A stretch of 64,000 nucleotides of DNA from an uncultured Acidobacteriota bacterium (GTDB lineage Bacteria > Acidobacteriota > Thermoanaerobaculia > UBA5066 > DATFVB01): NCBI GenBank assembly GCA_963813155.1, contig CAWEYG010000002.1, positions 192,001 through 256,000 of the forward strand. The letters are read 5' to 3'. Positions within the stretch are counted from its first letter, which is position 1. Each line of letters opens with the position of its first letter. Position numbers and translations under genes: made by a program. The notes under the pieces are model-generated. The model saw only the letters and a program-made list of their open reading frames with translations. It was not told where the DNA came from and ran no database searches. Positions 1 through 10,067 of this stretch are shown here, in pieces.

Positions 1-134
1 AGGTGACGGGCTCCTGCCCCGAGAAGAGCGAGCCCGCAGACGGCCATCCAGGCGAGAGCCACCGCCTGGCGGCGCGGCGGCGACAGGCTTCTCATCGCTG
101 TATTCTATCGGCTCGAAACGCGGGGAGGCTCCCG

Positions 135-953
135 ATGGACTGGAAAGACAATGTCGCGCTGGTGACGGGAGGATCCTCCGGAATCGGAGAGGCCCTCGTT
201 CGCGAAATCGCCCGGCGCGGAGGCCGCGTCGTCGCCGCGGCCCGGCGCCTCGACCGCCTCGAAAGCCTCGCCGCGGATCTCTCTCGCTCGGGCGCGACGG
301 TGATTCCCGTCGCGTGCGACGTGACCCGCCGCGAAGACCTCGACGCCGCGGTCGACCGCGCGCACGAGGAATTCGGAAGGCTCGACACGGTGATCGCGAA
401 CGCCGGATTCGGCGTCGTCGGCAAATTCGAGGCCCTCTCCGTCGACGACTACCGGAGGCAGTTCGAAACGAACGTCTTTGGCGTCCTGAACACGGCGTAC
501 GCCGCCCTCGAGTCGCTCAAGACGTCGCGGGGACGCCTCGCGCTCGTCGGCAGCGTCGCGGGATACGTGGCGACTCCCGGCAGCTCGCCGTACTCCATGA
601 GTAAGTTCGCCGTTCGCGCGCTCGCCGGGTCGCTGCGAAACGAGCTCGCACCGCACGGGATATCCGTCACGCACGTCGCTCCCGGCTTCATCGATTCGGA
701 GATCTACCAGGTGGACAACGCCGGGAGCCTGCACCCGGACTGGAAGAGCCCGGTGCCGGAGTGGATTCGCATGGACACGGGGCGCGCGGCGGGGCAGATC
801 GCCGCCGCGGTCCTTCGCCGGCGACGCGAGCTCGTCGTCACTGCCCACGGGAAGGCGATCGTTTTCCTCGAGCGGCACTTTCCGGCCGTGCTGCGCGCCG
901 CCTTTTCGATCGCTCCCGAGGAGCGGCGGAAGCCCCGCGCGCCTTCTCGATGA
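135..953 (+). CDS. Short-chain dehydrogenase/reductase (SDR family)
   Basis: TGGSSGIG Rossmann motif, NAG, YSMSK catalytic motif; GGGAGG upstream of ATG 135. Confidence 0.9.
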   Translation: MDWKDNVALVTGGSSGIGEALVREIARRGGRVVAAARRLDRLESLAADLSRSGATVIPVACDVTRREDLDAAVDRAHEEFGRLDTVIANAGFGVVGKFEALSVDDYRRQFETNVFGVLNTAYAALESLKTSRGRLALVGSVAGYVATPGSSPYSMSKFAVRALAGSLRNELAPHGISVTHVAPGFIDSEIYQVDNAGSLHPDWKSPVPEWIRMDTGRAAGQIAAAVLRRRRELVVTAHGKAIVFLERHFPAVLRAAFSIAPEERRKPRAPSR

Positions 954-1230
954 GGAGCTCGAGCCCGCGCACGTAGCGGGCGAGCGCGCGGCGGCCATCC
1001 GGCGTCAGGCGATATTCCGTCCTTGGGACCCGGCCGGCGAAGGATTTCCTCGACTCGACGAATCCCGCCTGCTCGAGACGCCGCGCGTGAACGCTGAGAT
1101 TGCCGTCCGTCGCGCCGAGCTCGTCCCGGAGCTCTCGGAACGTCCGGGGCCCGCCGGCCGCGAGCGCGCTCGCGATCGCGAAGCGGAGTCTCTGGTGGAG
1201 GACCAGCTCGGGATCCCGTCCGGCTTTCAA
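838..1230 (-). CDS. Winged-helix transcriptional regulator (ArsR/MarR-like, HTH_34 type)
   Basis: 'TFRELRDELGATDGNLSVHARRLEQAGFVESRK...PRTEYRLTPDGR'; TTG start overlaps the aminotransferase stop. Confidence 0.85.
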   Translation of the reverse strand: MKAGRDPELVLHQRLRFAIASALAAGGPRTFRELRDELGATDGNLSVHARRLEQAGFVESRKSFAGRVPRTEYRLTPDGRRALARYVRGLELLIEKARGASAAPRERSKRRRAARPESAARGKRSPSRGQ

Positions 1231-2411
1231 GGGGACGTCCTTCGAAGGTAGCCATCGATCCGGAACATTGCGTCGCGAAATTGCGCGGGCGGGACGATCA
1301 GGCTGACGACGAGGTGCGGCCGCTCGCCGAACTCAAAGAACCACCCGGGGGATGTCAGAACGTCTTCCGTCTCCAGGAGCCCGAGGACGACGGCTTCTTC
1401 GTCCATGCCGGGGGGAAGCTCCAGCGGGAGGCTCCAGCCGCCCTCGGGAAACAGCGGGCGAATCCCGCGATCCGCCTCGCCCGTCGGAAAGACCTCCGCA
1501 GCCGCGCCGACGTTCTGGCGAAGCCGCTCCCGGATGCGCTCCGCCGCGGGCCGGCCGACCCGCAACAGTTCGGGAAGCGCAAGCTGCACGGGAGTCCCCG
1601 CCGAAAGGTACGTGTCCGCGATCAACTCGAGACGCTCCGTACAACAGGCGACCGCTTCGTCCGGCCCCCCCACGACGATCCACGCCAGCTTCATCTGCGG
1701 CAGCGCGCACGACTTCGAGAGGCCGCCGAGCGAGAACGTCAGGACGCGCGCGTCCGCTGCCGCAACGCCGAGCCGGGCCTCCGCGGTTTCGGACAGGCCG
1801 AATTCGAAGAACACTTCGTCCGAAATCACGGCGTGCGCAGCGGGGTCGAGCGCCGGAAGAAGCGGCTCGAGATCACCCGTCTTGACGTATGTGCCGGTCG
1901 GGTTGTTCGGGTTCACGAGGAGCAGCGCGCGGGCGCCGCCCTCGAGCCCTTCCGCGACGCTCGCGGAGTCGATCGCCCATCTCCCGCTCGCTCGGCCGAT
2001 CCGGTACGGCCGCCTTCGAACCCCTTCAAGATCGGTCAGATGATCGAACAGCGGATAGCTGGGCTCGGGAACGAGGACTTCGTCCCCCGGATCGCAGAGG
2101 AGCTTGAAGAGAAATCCGTACGCCTCGCTCGTCGACGCCGTCAGGAAGACCCGTTCCGGATCGAGAGTTACGCCACCGCGCGCGTACTCCTCGCACACGG
2201 CCTCGCGCGCGGACAAAAGACCTCGCGCGGCCGGCCGGTATTCGGCGACGCCAGACGATCGCAGCGCGCCGAGGATTTCCTCTTCGGAAGGAGAGAGGCC
2301 GACCGCCGTCGGATTCGTCTCCGTGAGGTCGATGTACGGTCGCGTGCGGGCGCGCAGCGCTCGCGCGATCGCGTTTTCCGCGAAATCCGCGGGCGTGCGC
2401 CGGGAGAACAT
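1227..2411 (-). CDS. PLP-dependent aminotransferase class I/II
   Basis: NPNNPTG, SDEVF and LSKS(K) PLP motifs. Confidence 0.9.
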   Translation of the reverse strand: MFSRRTPADFAENAIARALRARTRPYIDLTETNPTAVGLSPSEEEILGALRSSGVAEYRPAARGLLSAREAVCEEYARGGVTLDPERVFLTASTSEAYGFLFKLLCDPGDEVLVPEPSYPLFDHLTDLEGVRRRPYRIGRASGRWAIDSASVAEGLEGGARALLLVNPNNPTGTYVKTGDLEPLLPALDPAAHAVISDEVFFEFGLSETAEARLGVAAADARVLTFSLGGLSKSCALPQMKLAWIVVGGPDEAVACCTERLELIADTYLSAGTPVQLALPELLRVGRPAAERIRERLRQNVGAAAEVFPTGEADRGIRPLFPEGGWSLPLELPPGMDEEAVVLGLLETEDVLTSPGWFFEFGERPHLVVSLIVPPAQFRDAMFRIDGYLRRTSP

Positions 2412-2446
2412 GCCGCGACTCTATAACCTCTTCCGCGGGCGAGGGT

Positions 2447-2566
2447 CGGGAGCAGCCGGGGCCAGAGCGTCCGCGAAGGCTGGTCTTCGAGAACCCGAGG
2501 GAAAGCGAACTGCGGCCGAGGGTCGAGAAGACTTGCCGAGCGGGCGCTGGGGCTTGGCTGCTCCCG
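2447..2566 (+). repeat. Dispersed palindromic element, family B, copy 1
   Basis: Long imperfect hairpin with outer stem CGGGAGCAGCC/GGCTGCTCCCG; shares 35 identical nt (CCCGAGGGAAAGCGAACTGCGGCCGAGGGTCGAGA) with 61478-61604. Confidence 0.85.
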
Positions 2567-2580
2567 GGCCGAGCGAGCCT

Positions 2581-3075
2581 TTACTTCGCCGGCACGAACT
2601 TCATTGCGCCCGAATTCATGCAGTAGCGCAAGTGCGTCGGCGCGGGCCCGTCGTCGAACACGTGGCCGAGATGGCCGCCGCAGCGCGAGCAGACGACTTC
2701 GTCCCTCACCATGAAGAGGCTGCGGTCCTGCCGGACTTCCACGGCCTCCTTCGCGATCGGCGCCCAGAAGCTGGGCCACCCGGTTCCCGAATCGAACTTC
2801 GTGTCGGAGGAAAAGAGCGGGTTGCCGTCGGCGGCGCAGACGTACGTCCCCTTCTCGTGGTTGTTCCACGTGGCGCCGGTGAACGCCCGCTCGGTGCCGG
2901 CCTGCCGGAGGATCCGGTACTGATCGGGCGTGAGCTCCTTCTGCCACTCGGCGTCGGTCTTGACGATCTTTTCGGGCATTCGTTTGCCTTTCTGGGTCGC
3001 GGCCGGAGCCGCGAAGAGAAGCGAAACCGAGGCCGCCGCGAGGATCGACAGGGCCGCGGTCCTGATCGTGTTCAT
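2581..3075 (-). CDS. msrB: Peptide-methionine (R)-S-oxide reductase with N-terminal signal peptide
   Basis: [21 protein letters not shown] and RYCMNS motifs; Ala-rich signal-like N-terminus. Confidence 0.95.
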   Translation of the reverse strand: MNTIRTAALSILAAASVSLLFAAPAATQKGKRMPEKIVKTDAEWQKELTPDQYRILRQAGTERAFTGATWNNHEKGTYVCAADGNPLFSSDTKFDSGTGWPSFWAPIAKEAVEVRQDRSLFMVRDEVVCSRCGGHLGHVFDDGPAPTHLRYCMNSGAMKFVPAK

Positions 3076-3142
3076 GAGTCCCCCTCCCCCCGGAAAACGG
3101 AGACCCGCTCCCGGAAATTCCGAGCGCCCGACTCGCGGCCCC

Positions 3143-4102
3143 TCACAGGGACCCCGTCCCGAGGCGCAGGATGACCGCGAGCGAGCCCGCCGCGACGAGG
3201 ATCCACAGGAGGAATCCCTGCGCGAGCGGCGTCCAGCCGACTTTCGCCAGGTTCTTCCTCGAGAGCGACGCCCCGATGAGGAAGAGCGTGAGCGTGAAGC
3301 CGACCCGCGCGACGCGGGCGATCCCGGGGCCGGCGTCGGCGATGCCCGGAATCCAGCTTCGCAGCAGACACGCGACGAGAAACAGACCGATGAACCACGG
3401 CACCGTGGCCCGCGGGGCGCTCGCGCCCGGCGCTGTAGTCCCGCGCCGCCGCCAGAGGAGAGCGGCCGCGAGCGAGAGCGGCGCGATCCAGAGGGCCCGG
3501 GCGAGCTTCACCGCCGTCGCCCGCCCGAGGGCCTCGAGGCCGTAGACGGAGCTCGCGCCGACGACGGACGAAATATCGTGGATGGAGATGCCCGCCCAGG
3601 TCCCGAACTGTTCCTGCGAGAGACCGAGCATCCTTCCGAGAGTCGGAAAGAGGTAGAGCGCGGCGCCGTTGAGAATGAACACCGTGCCGATCGCGACGCT
3701 GATCTCCTCTTCCTCCGCTCCGATCACCGTCGAAACCGCCGCGATCGCCGAGCCGCCGCATATCGCCGTGCCGGCCGAAATGAGAATCGACGTCTTTTCC
3801 CCGACGCCGAGCCACTTTCCCGAGACGCGCCCGAGAAGGAGGGTCAGGACGATCGTCGCGGCCGCGAACGCCATCCCCGCGGCTCCGGCCCGAAGCACCG
3901 TGCGCAGGTCCATTCCGAAACCCAGCAGCACGACGGAGGCCTGGAGAAGCAACCGCGAAACCCCCTTCATCCTCACCGGCAGGGCGTCCGGGACGAGGAG
4001 CGCGAGCAGAATTCCGAGCGCGAGCGCGAGCGGCGGAGAGCCCCAGGGAGTCAGGCAGAAAGCCGCTCCGGCGAGCCAGAGGTGACGACGGATCGATTCC
4101 AC
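3143..4102 (-). CDS. Putative sulfate exporter family (YeiH/UPF0324) membrane protein
   Basis: [24 protein letters not shown] and VKLARAL motifs; multi-TM profile. Confidence 0.85.
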   Translation of the reverse strand: MESIRRHLWLAGAAFCLTPWGSPPLALALGILLALLVPDALPVRMKGVSRLLLQASVVLLGFGMDLRTVLRAGAAGMAFAAATIVLTLLLGRVSGKWLGVGEKTSILISAGTAICGGSAIAAVSTVIGAEEEEISVAIGTVFILNGAALYLFPTLGRMLGLSQEQFGTWAGISIHDISSVVGASSVYGLEALGRATAVKLARALWIAPLSLAAALLWRRRGTTAPGASAPRATVPWFIGLFLVACLLRSWIPGIADAGPGIARVARVGFTLTLFLIGASLSRKNLAKVGWTPLAQGFLLWILVAAGSLAVILRLGTGSL

Positions 4103-4135
4103 TCGCGGACGGTATACCAGATGCGGGACGCGCCC

Positions 4136-5515
4136 TTACTTGGGGGGCGCGGGTTGAGGGGCGCCGGTCTCCGCGGTCCGGGGAAAGAAACTGCGGTTGC
4201 GTCCCAGAGTCTTCGCCCGGTACATGGCCGTATCGGCGCTCTTGAGAAGCTGCTCCGCGGTCGTTCCATGCACGCGGTAGAGCGCGATCCCGATGCTCGC
4301 GGTGACGATCAGCGAAAGGCCGCGGACGGAAAACGGGCGCGAGAACTGGCGCAGGAGTTTTCGGCCCACGAGGTCGGCATCGTCGAAATCGTCGAGCTCC
4401 GGAAAGAGCAGGAGAAACTCGTCTCCGCCGATCCGCGCGACGCTGTCGTGCTCGCGGATGCACCCGCGAAGCCGGTTCGCGACGGTCTTCAACACGGCGT
4501 CGCCGGCGGAGTGTCCGTGGCTGTCGTTGATCGTCTTGAAATTGTCGAGATCGAGAAACATGACGCCGAGGCCCTCGGCGTTGCGGTCCGCGTGCGCGAT
4601 CGCGAGCGAGAGCCGGTCCTCGAACAGGCTCCGGTTCGGCAGACCCGTGAGACCGTCGTGAAAGGCCTGGAAGTGGATCTGCTCTTCCAGAGCGCGGCGC
4701 TGCTCGTCGAAGCGCTTGCGGTCGCTGATGTCGCGGAAATTCGCGATCAGCCCCTCGATCCCGACGTGGTGGTACCGATTCGTTCCGATGCCTTCCATCC
4801 AGCGCCAGGATCCGTCCAGGTGACGAAGGCGAAACTCCGTTCGCACGACCGCGTCCGGGGTGCGGCTGCATTCTTCGAACAGCCTGCCCGTTTCCTCGAG
4901 GTCTTCGGGATGAACGAAGCCGAACGCCGACTTTCCGACGAATTCCTCCAGAGCGTAGCCGAGTAGCCTCGTCACCGCCGGGCTCGCGTACGTGATCATT
5001 CCCTCCCGGTCGAGAAGCGCGATCGCGTCGTAGCTGTTCTCGATCAGGGCGCGGTGCCGCTCCTCGCTTCGGCGGACCTTTTCCTCCGCTTCCCGGCGCA
5101 GCCGTTCTTTCTCGGCGAGATCGAGAGCGCGCCGAACGGAGTGATGGATCGAATCGATCGTGAGGTGCGATTTCACGAGATAGTCGGCGGCGCCGGCCTT
5201 CATCGCCTCCACGGCGAAATCCTCGCGGCCCTGGCCCGTGATCACGATCGCCGGCGCCTCGATTCCCTGCTGGCGCGCTTCGGCGAGAAGGTCGAGGCCG
5301 GTTCGCCCGCTCGCGAGGAGATGATCGAGCAGCAGCACGTCGAAGTGTTTGCGGCCGAGAAGATCGACCGCCTCTTCGAACGACGACGCCTCGCCGACTT
5401 CGACCGGCGGCCCGAAATCCGCGTCGACAAGAGCGTCGCGCAGCGACGAGCGCATGCCCGCGTCGTCCTCCACGAGGAGAAGATGAATCTTCGCGGCCGC
5501 CGTTCGGAGTGTCAT
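4136..5515 (-). CDS. Response regulator diguanylate cyclase (REC-PAS-GGDEF)
   Basis: N-terminal LLVEDD receiver, FVHPED PAS, HDGLTGLPNR...RIGGDEF. Confidence 0.92.
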   Translation of the reverse strand: MTLRTAAAKIHLLLVEDDAGMRSSLRDALVDADFGPPVEVGEASSFEEAVDLLGRKHFDVLLLDHLLASGRTGLDLLAEARQQGIEAPAIVITGQGREDFAVEAMKAGAADYLVKSHLTIDSIHHSVRRALDLAEKERLRREAEEKVRRSEERHRALIENSYDAIALLDREGMITYASPAVTRLLGYALEEFVGKSAFGFVHPEDLEETGRLFEECSRTPDAVVRTEFRLRHLDGSWRWMEGIGTNRYHHVGIEGLIANFRDISDRKRFDEQRRALEEQIHFQAFHDGLTGLPNRSLFEDRLSLAIAHADRNAEGLGVMFLDLDNFKTINDSHGHSAGDAVLKTVANRLRGCIREHDSVARIGGDEFLLLFPELDDFDDADLVGRKLLRQFSRPFSVRGLSLIVTASIGIALYRVHGTTAEQLLKSADTAMYRAKTLGRNRSFFPRTAETGAPQPAPPK

Positions 5516-5548
5516 CTCGTCAACAGATGGTAGCGCTACCCTCCGGAA

Positions 5549-6862
5549 TTATACTCCCGATTCGCCCACGCCCCCGAGCCAGCCTCCCCGGAATCCCGCC
5601 GCGAGAAGGCCGTCGCGAATCGCGCCGCAATTTCTCATGAGCTTCCAGAGAAGGCCGCTGCGGTAGTTTTCGATCATGAGCACGATCGGCCCGTCGTTCA
5701 ACCCGAGATTGACCGGAGAGAGCCAGCCCGAGCGATGCCCGGAGTCGGGAAACGTCGGGTTGAACGTGGATTCGACCCCGTACCGGCTCTGCGAGCCGAC
5801 GCCGATCGTTCCGAAGTACCGGATCGTCGGCAACACGACCTCGGGGCAGAACGGCAGTGAAGCGACGGCCGCCCACGGGGCGATCGTGCCGTCGTCGGGC
5901 CCGTCCGGCACTCCGCGGGCGAGGTACCCGAAGAAGCGGCGGGCCACTCCCTGGATTTCGAGCTCCGCGGGCCCGGGCCCCTCGCTCGCCGTGATGCCCC
6001 AGCAAAGCTCGCCGTAGCCCGCGTATCGGTTCGGGTTCTCGATCGCGTACCGCTGTTGCACGAGTGTCGCGCGGCGGCTGTTCTCGAAATAGTCGATGCC
6101 CTTTTCCCGCATGTATTCGTCCTGGATTCCGCGAAAATCGATCCAGATGTGCGAGAGCTGATGGATGAAGAGTGGGCCCGCGAAGAGGTGCTCAATCCCG
6201 AAGACGCTTCGCCAGTCGTACGTCGCCGTCCAAGCGCGATAGCTCTCCGGCGGCAGCGCGTGAGCGGGCGAACCGAGCCCCAGGACGTACAGAATCAGAG
6301 CTTCGTTGTAGCCGGTCCACCGGCCCGGAAAGAAGCCGTACTCGGGCATCCACCCGAGGGACACCGCGCCGCCTCCATTGCGCGCCCAGTTCCAGTCCGC
6401 GCGGGCGTAAATGCTCCGGGCGAGATCCCGCACGCGGCGCTCGGAGGCGTCGGCGCCGCCGAAGTACTCGGCCACCGCGAGCGCGCCGGCAAACAGGTAT
6501 GCACTGTCGATCGTCGAGATCTCGCAGTCCCAGACCCGTTTCCCGCTCTTCATCTCGAGAAAGTGGTAGAAGAACCCGCCGTTGCCCGTCGCGTCCAGCG
6601 CTTCGCTCTGCTCCGCCTCCCAGAGAAAACCGAGGGCCTCCCCGACTCGTTTGACGGCGTCGCCGCGCCCGAGGAATCCCCGCTCGACCGCCACGGGATA
6701 TGCCGAAAGCGCGAGACCGACCGCCGCGATGCTCGAGGGCGATCCCTCGCGTGTCGAGTCTGCAACGAGGCCGTTTTCGCGGTTTGTCGAATCGAGAAAG
6801 TATTGAAAGGATTCGAGCTGCAGTTTTTCGAGCTCGTCTTCGGAGATCGGGGCCGCGGTCAT
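5549..6862 (-). CDS. Glucoamylase-family (GH144-like) glycoside hydrolase
   Basis: SIAAVG, GFFYHF, EISTID, YNEA, GPLFIHQLSH and WGITAS motifs. Confidence 0.8.
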   Translation of the reverse strand: MTAAPISEDELEKLQLESFQYFLDSTNRENGLVADSTREGSPSSIAAVGLALSAYPVAVERGFLGRGDAVKRVGEALGFLWEAEQSEALDATGNGGFFYHFLEMKSGKRVWDCEISTIDSAYLFAGALAVAEYFGGADASERRVRDLARSIYARADWNWARNGGGAVSLGWMPEYGFFPGRWTGYNEALILYVLGLGSPAHALPPESYRAWTATYDWRSVFGIEHLFAGPLFIHQLSHIWIDFRGIQDEYMREKGIDYFENSRRATLVQQRYAIENPNRYAGYGELCWGITASEGPGPAELEIQGVARRFFGYLARGVPDGPDDGTIAPWAAVASLPFCPEVVLPTIRYFGTIGVGSQSRYGVESTFNPTFPDSGHRSGWLSPVNLGLNDGPIVLMIENYRSGLLWKLMRNCGAIRDGLLAAGFRGGWLGGVGESGV

Positions 6863-6942
6863 CCTCGGAAAATATCGCGAATTGCGTCCGCGCTCCCCCG
6901 TCCTCGCCCTTCACGGTAGAATGCCGGAAAAAGGAGGTCCCC

Positions 6943-7236
6943 ATGAAAAGGTTTCTGCTCGCGGCCGCCCTCGGCGTTTCGACCCTTCTGCCCGGCTCGG
7001 TCTTCGCCGCGACGGCCAAGACCTACCAGGTGACGGGCCCCGTTCTCGAAGTCAGCGCCGACATGATCGTCGTTCAAAAAGGCAAGGATCGATGGGAAGT
7101 CGCGCGCGACTCGTCCACGAAGATGAGCGGGGACGTCAAGGTCGGCGACAAGGTGACCATCGAGTATCGGATGACGGCGACGAGCGTCGAAGCGAAGGCC
7201 GCGGCGAAGAGCTCGAAGAAGGCCGCGAAGAAGTAA
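6943..7236 (+). CDS. Small secreted protein with OB-fold-like domain and Lys/Ala tail
   Basis: AAGGAGG RBS, signal peptide, 'YQVTGPVLEVS...VKVGDKVTIEY'. Confidence 0.75.
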   Translation: MKRFLLAAALGVSTLLPGSVFAATAKTYQVTGPVLEVSADMIVVQKGKDRWEVARDSSTKMSGDVKVGDKVTIEYRMTATSVEAKAAAKSSKKAAKK

Positions 7237-7295
7237 AGCGGTTTCGTCGGATGCGAGGGGCCGCGCGCCGCGCGGCCTCGTCTCCGAACCCGGAC

Positions 7296-9069
7296 TCACC
7301 GCTGCGCCGGCGACGCCGCCTCTCCTGGAGATGACGAAGGCGCCGCGTCGGGCGCCCAGCGAAACAGCCCGTCTCCCATCGTGGATACGTAGAGACTCCC
7401 GTTCCCGGCGACCATTGCGCCGGAGACCTGAATCGCGTCTCTCGGCAGCAGGAGCGACGTCGACTGCGCGCCCCGCCGCAGCCAGAGCGTCGACTGGCGC
7501 ACCGAGAATTCGAGAAACGGCGGACCCAGGGCCGGCGAGGCTCGAAAGATTCCTCCCGTGAGAAGAGGCCGGCGGCCTCCCTCGAACACCCTCGAGCCCC
7601 GAAAGACTCCGGAGGACGTCGTGACCTCGAGCTGGGGCGACGCGTCGGAATCCGTCACGAGCCGGGCCTCGAAGGGCGATCCGGCTCACCTCGGTCCTGC
7701 GGAACGTCGAGCCGTCTTCGGAAGTGTAGACGCCCGTGTCGGTGACGACGACCGCGACGGGAAGCGGCGAGCCGAACACCTTGAGGATCCGGCCCGACGG
7801 CGGGCGGGCGGGCGCCGCGAAATCGTGGCCCCCGTCTTCCGAGACGAGCAGCGTCGAGGCGGACGCACAGAGCCAGATCGTTCTCTCCGAGACTCGCGCG
7901 GCGGCGAGAGCGAAAGCGCCGGGCGGGGCCTGCGCGGAAGTCTGCCGCGTTCCGGACGCGTCGGACTCCCAGACCCCCGAGCTCACGCCCGCGTACGCGC
8001 GAAGAAACAGGATCCTCGAGGCCTCGACGGGATCGGCCGCGACGGCCGGCACGCGCGCCTCCTCCAGCCCGTTCGCGGCGGCGAGGGTCGCGCCCTCGTC
8101 GTCCGAAGTGAAGATCCCTTCGCCGAAGGTTCCGAGCAACAGGCGGCCGTTGACCGGATCGATCTCGAGGGCGGACACGTCGAGCGTCTCCCGCGAAATC
8201 CGCTTCCAGCTCTTGCCGCCGTCGTCCGAGCGGTGGAGGCCTCCGACCGTGCCCGCGTACAAAACGTTCGGGTGGCGCGGGTCCAGATGCACGACCGGGG
8301 TCCTCCGGTTCGTGAATCCCGTCGTATAGCGGGTCCACCGGTCGCCGCCGTCTTCGGAGAGGTAGACCCAGCCGCACGTCGAGACCCAGAGCCGGCGCGC
8401 GTCGTGCGGGTCGAAATCGAACGAATACACCGTCGCGTCGAGGACCATTCCCGACGCGATCCTCGACCACGATTTCCCCAGATCCCGCGTTCGAAAAGGC
8501 TGGCGGTAGGTGCCGGCATAAAGCGTCGCCGGGTCGGAAGGATCGAACGCGAGCGCCTGCACGAGGGCGAGGCCGGGGACTCCGGTCCCGGAGGGCGCCC
8601 AGCTCTTCCCGCCGTCGCGCGAGAGGAAGACGCCGTCGTCGCCGCCACAGGCGAGAAGTTTCGGGTCCGCGCGCGACTGCGCGAAGGCTCGCGCGTCGAC
8701 CGACCTCTCCCAGCGCGCGAGCACGCTCCAGGTCGCGCCGCGGTCGGACGAAACGGCCAGGAGCGCGCCCGTCCCGGTTCCGGAGAGCGCGGCCCAGAGT
8801 CTTCCGGGCGTCTCCACGTCGGCCGCGAGGGTCGAGACCACGTATCCGGGGAATTGATTGCCGGCGCGCGTCGGCTCCCAGCTGCGGCCCCCGTCTTCGG
8901 AACGATAAACGTTTCCGCGCGAGGTCCCGCAGAAGACTCGGCCCTTTTCGAAGGGATCGACGACGATCGAAGTCACGTCGGCGCCGCCGACGGGTACCCG
9001 GAACCAGGCGGCCCGGAGGAGGGCGGAGACCGAGAGAAATCCAACCGTTAAACAGACACGGAATGACAC
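7296..9069 (-). CDS. Secreted BNR/Asp-box (Ycf48/sortilin-like) beta-propeller protein; apparent +1 frameshift near 7686
   Basis: Repeated SxDGGxSW Asp-boxes in ORF 6859..9450; propeller-like C-terminus (LYVSTMGDGLFRW) continues in ORF 7296..7658; start uncertain. Confidence 0.7.
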
Positions 9070-9111
9070 CAAACAGGATTGTAGCATCCGCATCTTTGTT
9101 ATTCTCATCCC

Positions 9112-9981
9112 GTGGGCGCGAAAATTCGAAAAGCCGTCTTCCCCGCCGCGGGACTGGGAACGCGCTTTCTCCCGGCGACGAAGGCGCAGCCGAAAGAGAT
9201 GCTCCCGGTCGTCGACCGGCCCCTGATCCAGTACGCCGTCGAAGAAGCGCGCGATTCCGGCCTCGACCAGATCATTCTCGTGACCGGGCGCGGCAAAAAC
9301 GCGATCGAGGACCATTTCGACGTCTCCTTCGAGCTCGAGGCGATGCTCGCGGAGCGGGGCAAGGAAGAGCTGCTCGCGCAGGTCCAGGAGATCTCGCAGA
9401 TGATCGAGGTCGCCTACATCCGCCAGAAACAGGCGCTCGGGCTCGGGCACGCGATCCTCCAGGCGAGGGACCTCGTGGGCGACGAGCCGTTCGCGGTCCT
9501 CCTCGCCGACGATCTCATCGACTCGAAGGTGCCGGCGCTCGCGCAGATGATCCGCGTCTTCGAGAAGCGCGGGAATCCGATGCTGGCCGTCTGCGAGGTC
9601 CCGCGCGAGGACACCGGGATGTACGGGATCGTCGCGGGGAAGACAATCGAGGAACGGGTTCTCTCCGTCTCCGGCATGGTCGAGAAGCCGAAACCGGCGG
9701 ACGCCCCCTCGAACAACGCGATCATCGGCCGATACATCCTGACGCCCGACATCTTCGAGATCCTCGCGAACACTCCTCCCGACAAGCGCGGCGAGATCCA
9801 GATCACCGACGGGCTGAAGACGCTGCTGACGCGAAGGCCGATCGACGGCTACCTCTTCGAGGGCACGCGCTACGACGCGGGTGACAAGCTCGGCTTCCTG
9901 AAGGCGACCGTGGAGTACGCGCTCAAGCGCGAGGACCTCGGCGCCGATTTTCGCGCGTACCTCCGGACCCTCAAACTCTGA
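9112..9981 (+). CDS. galU: UTP-glucose-1-phosphate uridylyltransferase
   Basis: KAVFPAAGLGTRFLPATKAQPKEML, VEKP, GEIQITD. Confidence 0.97.
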   Translation: MGAKIRKAVFPAAGLGTRFLPATKAQPKEMLPVVDRPLIQYAVEEARDSGLDQIILVTGRGKNAIEDHFDVSFELEAMLAERGKEELLAQVQEISQMIEVAYIRQKQALGLGHAILQARDLVGDEPFAVLLADDLIDSKVPALAQMIRVFEKRGNPMLAVCEVPREDTGMYGIVAGKTIEERVLSVSGMVEKPKPADAPSNNAIIGRYILTPDIFEILANTPPDKRGEIQITDGLKTLLTRRPIDGYLFEGTRYDAGDKLGFLKATVEYALKREDLGADFRAYLRTLKL

Positions 9982-10014
9982 GCGCGGAGCGCTCCACCCC
10001 GCAAATCCGACACG

Positions 10015-10046
10015 AAAAAAAAGCCCCGCCGGTTTCCCGGCGGGGC
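10015..10046 (-). terminator. Intrinsic terminator of the TonB-dependent receptor gene
   Basis: GCCCCGCCGG-TTTC-CCGGCGGGGC hairpin followed by a T8 tract on the minus strand. Confidence 0.88.
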
Positions 10047-10067
10047 GAAGAGAGCTCCGAGAACGAG

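Noticed and set aside
7255-7282. GC hairpin between the convergent genes ending at 7236 and 7296 as another repeat copy
   Set aside because: No sequence similarity to families A or B and no U-tract; at most a weak terminator.
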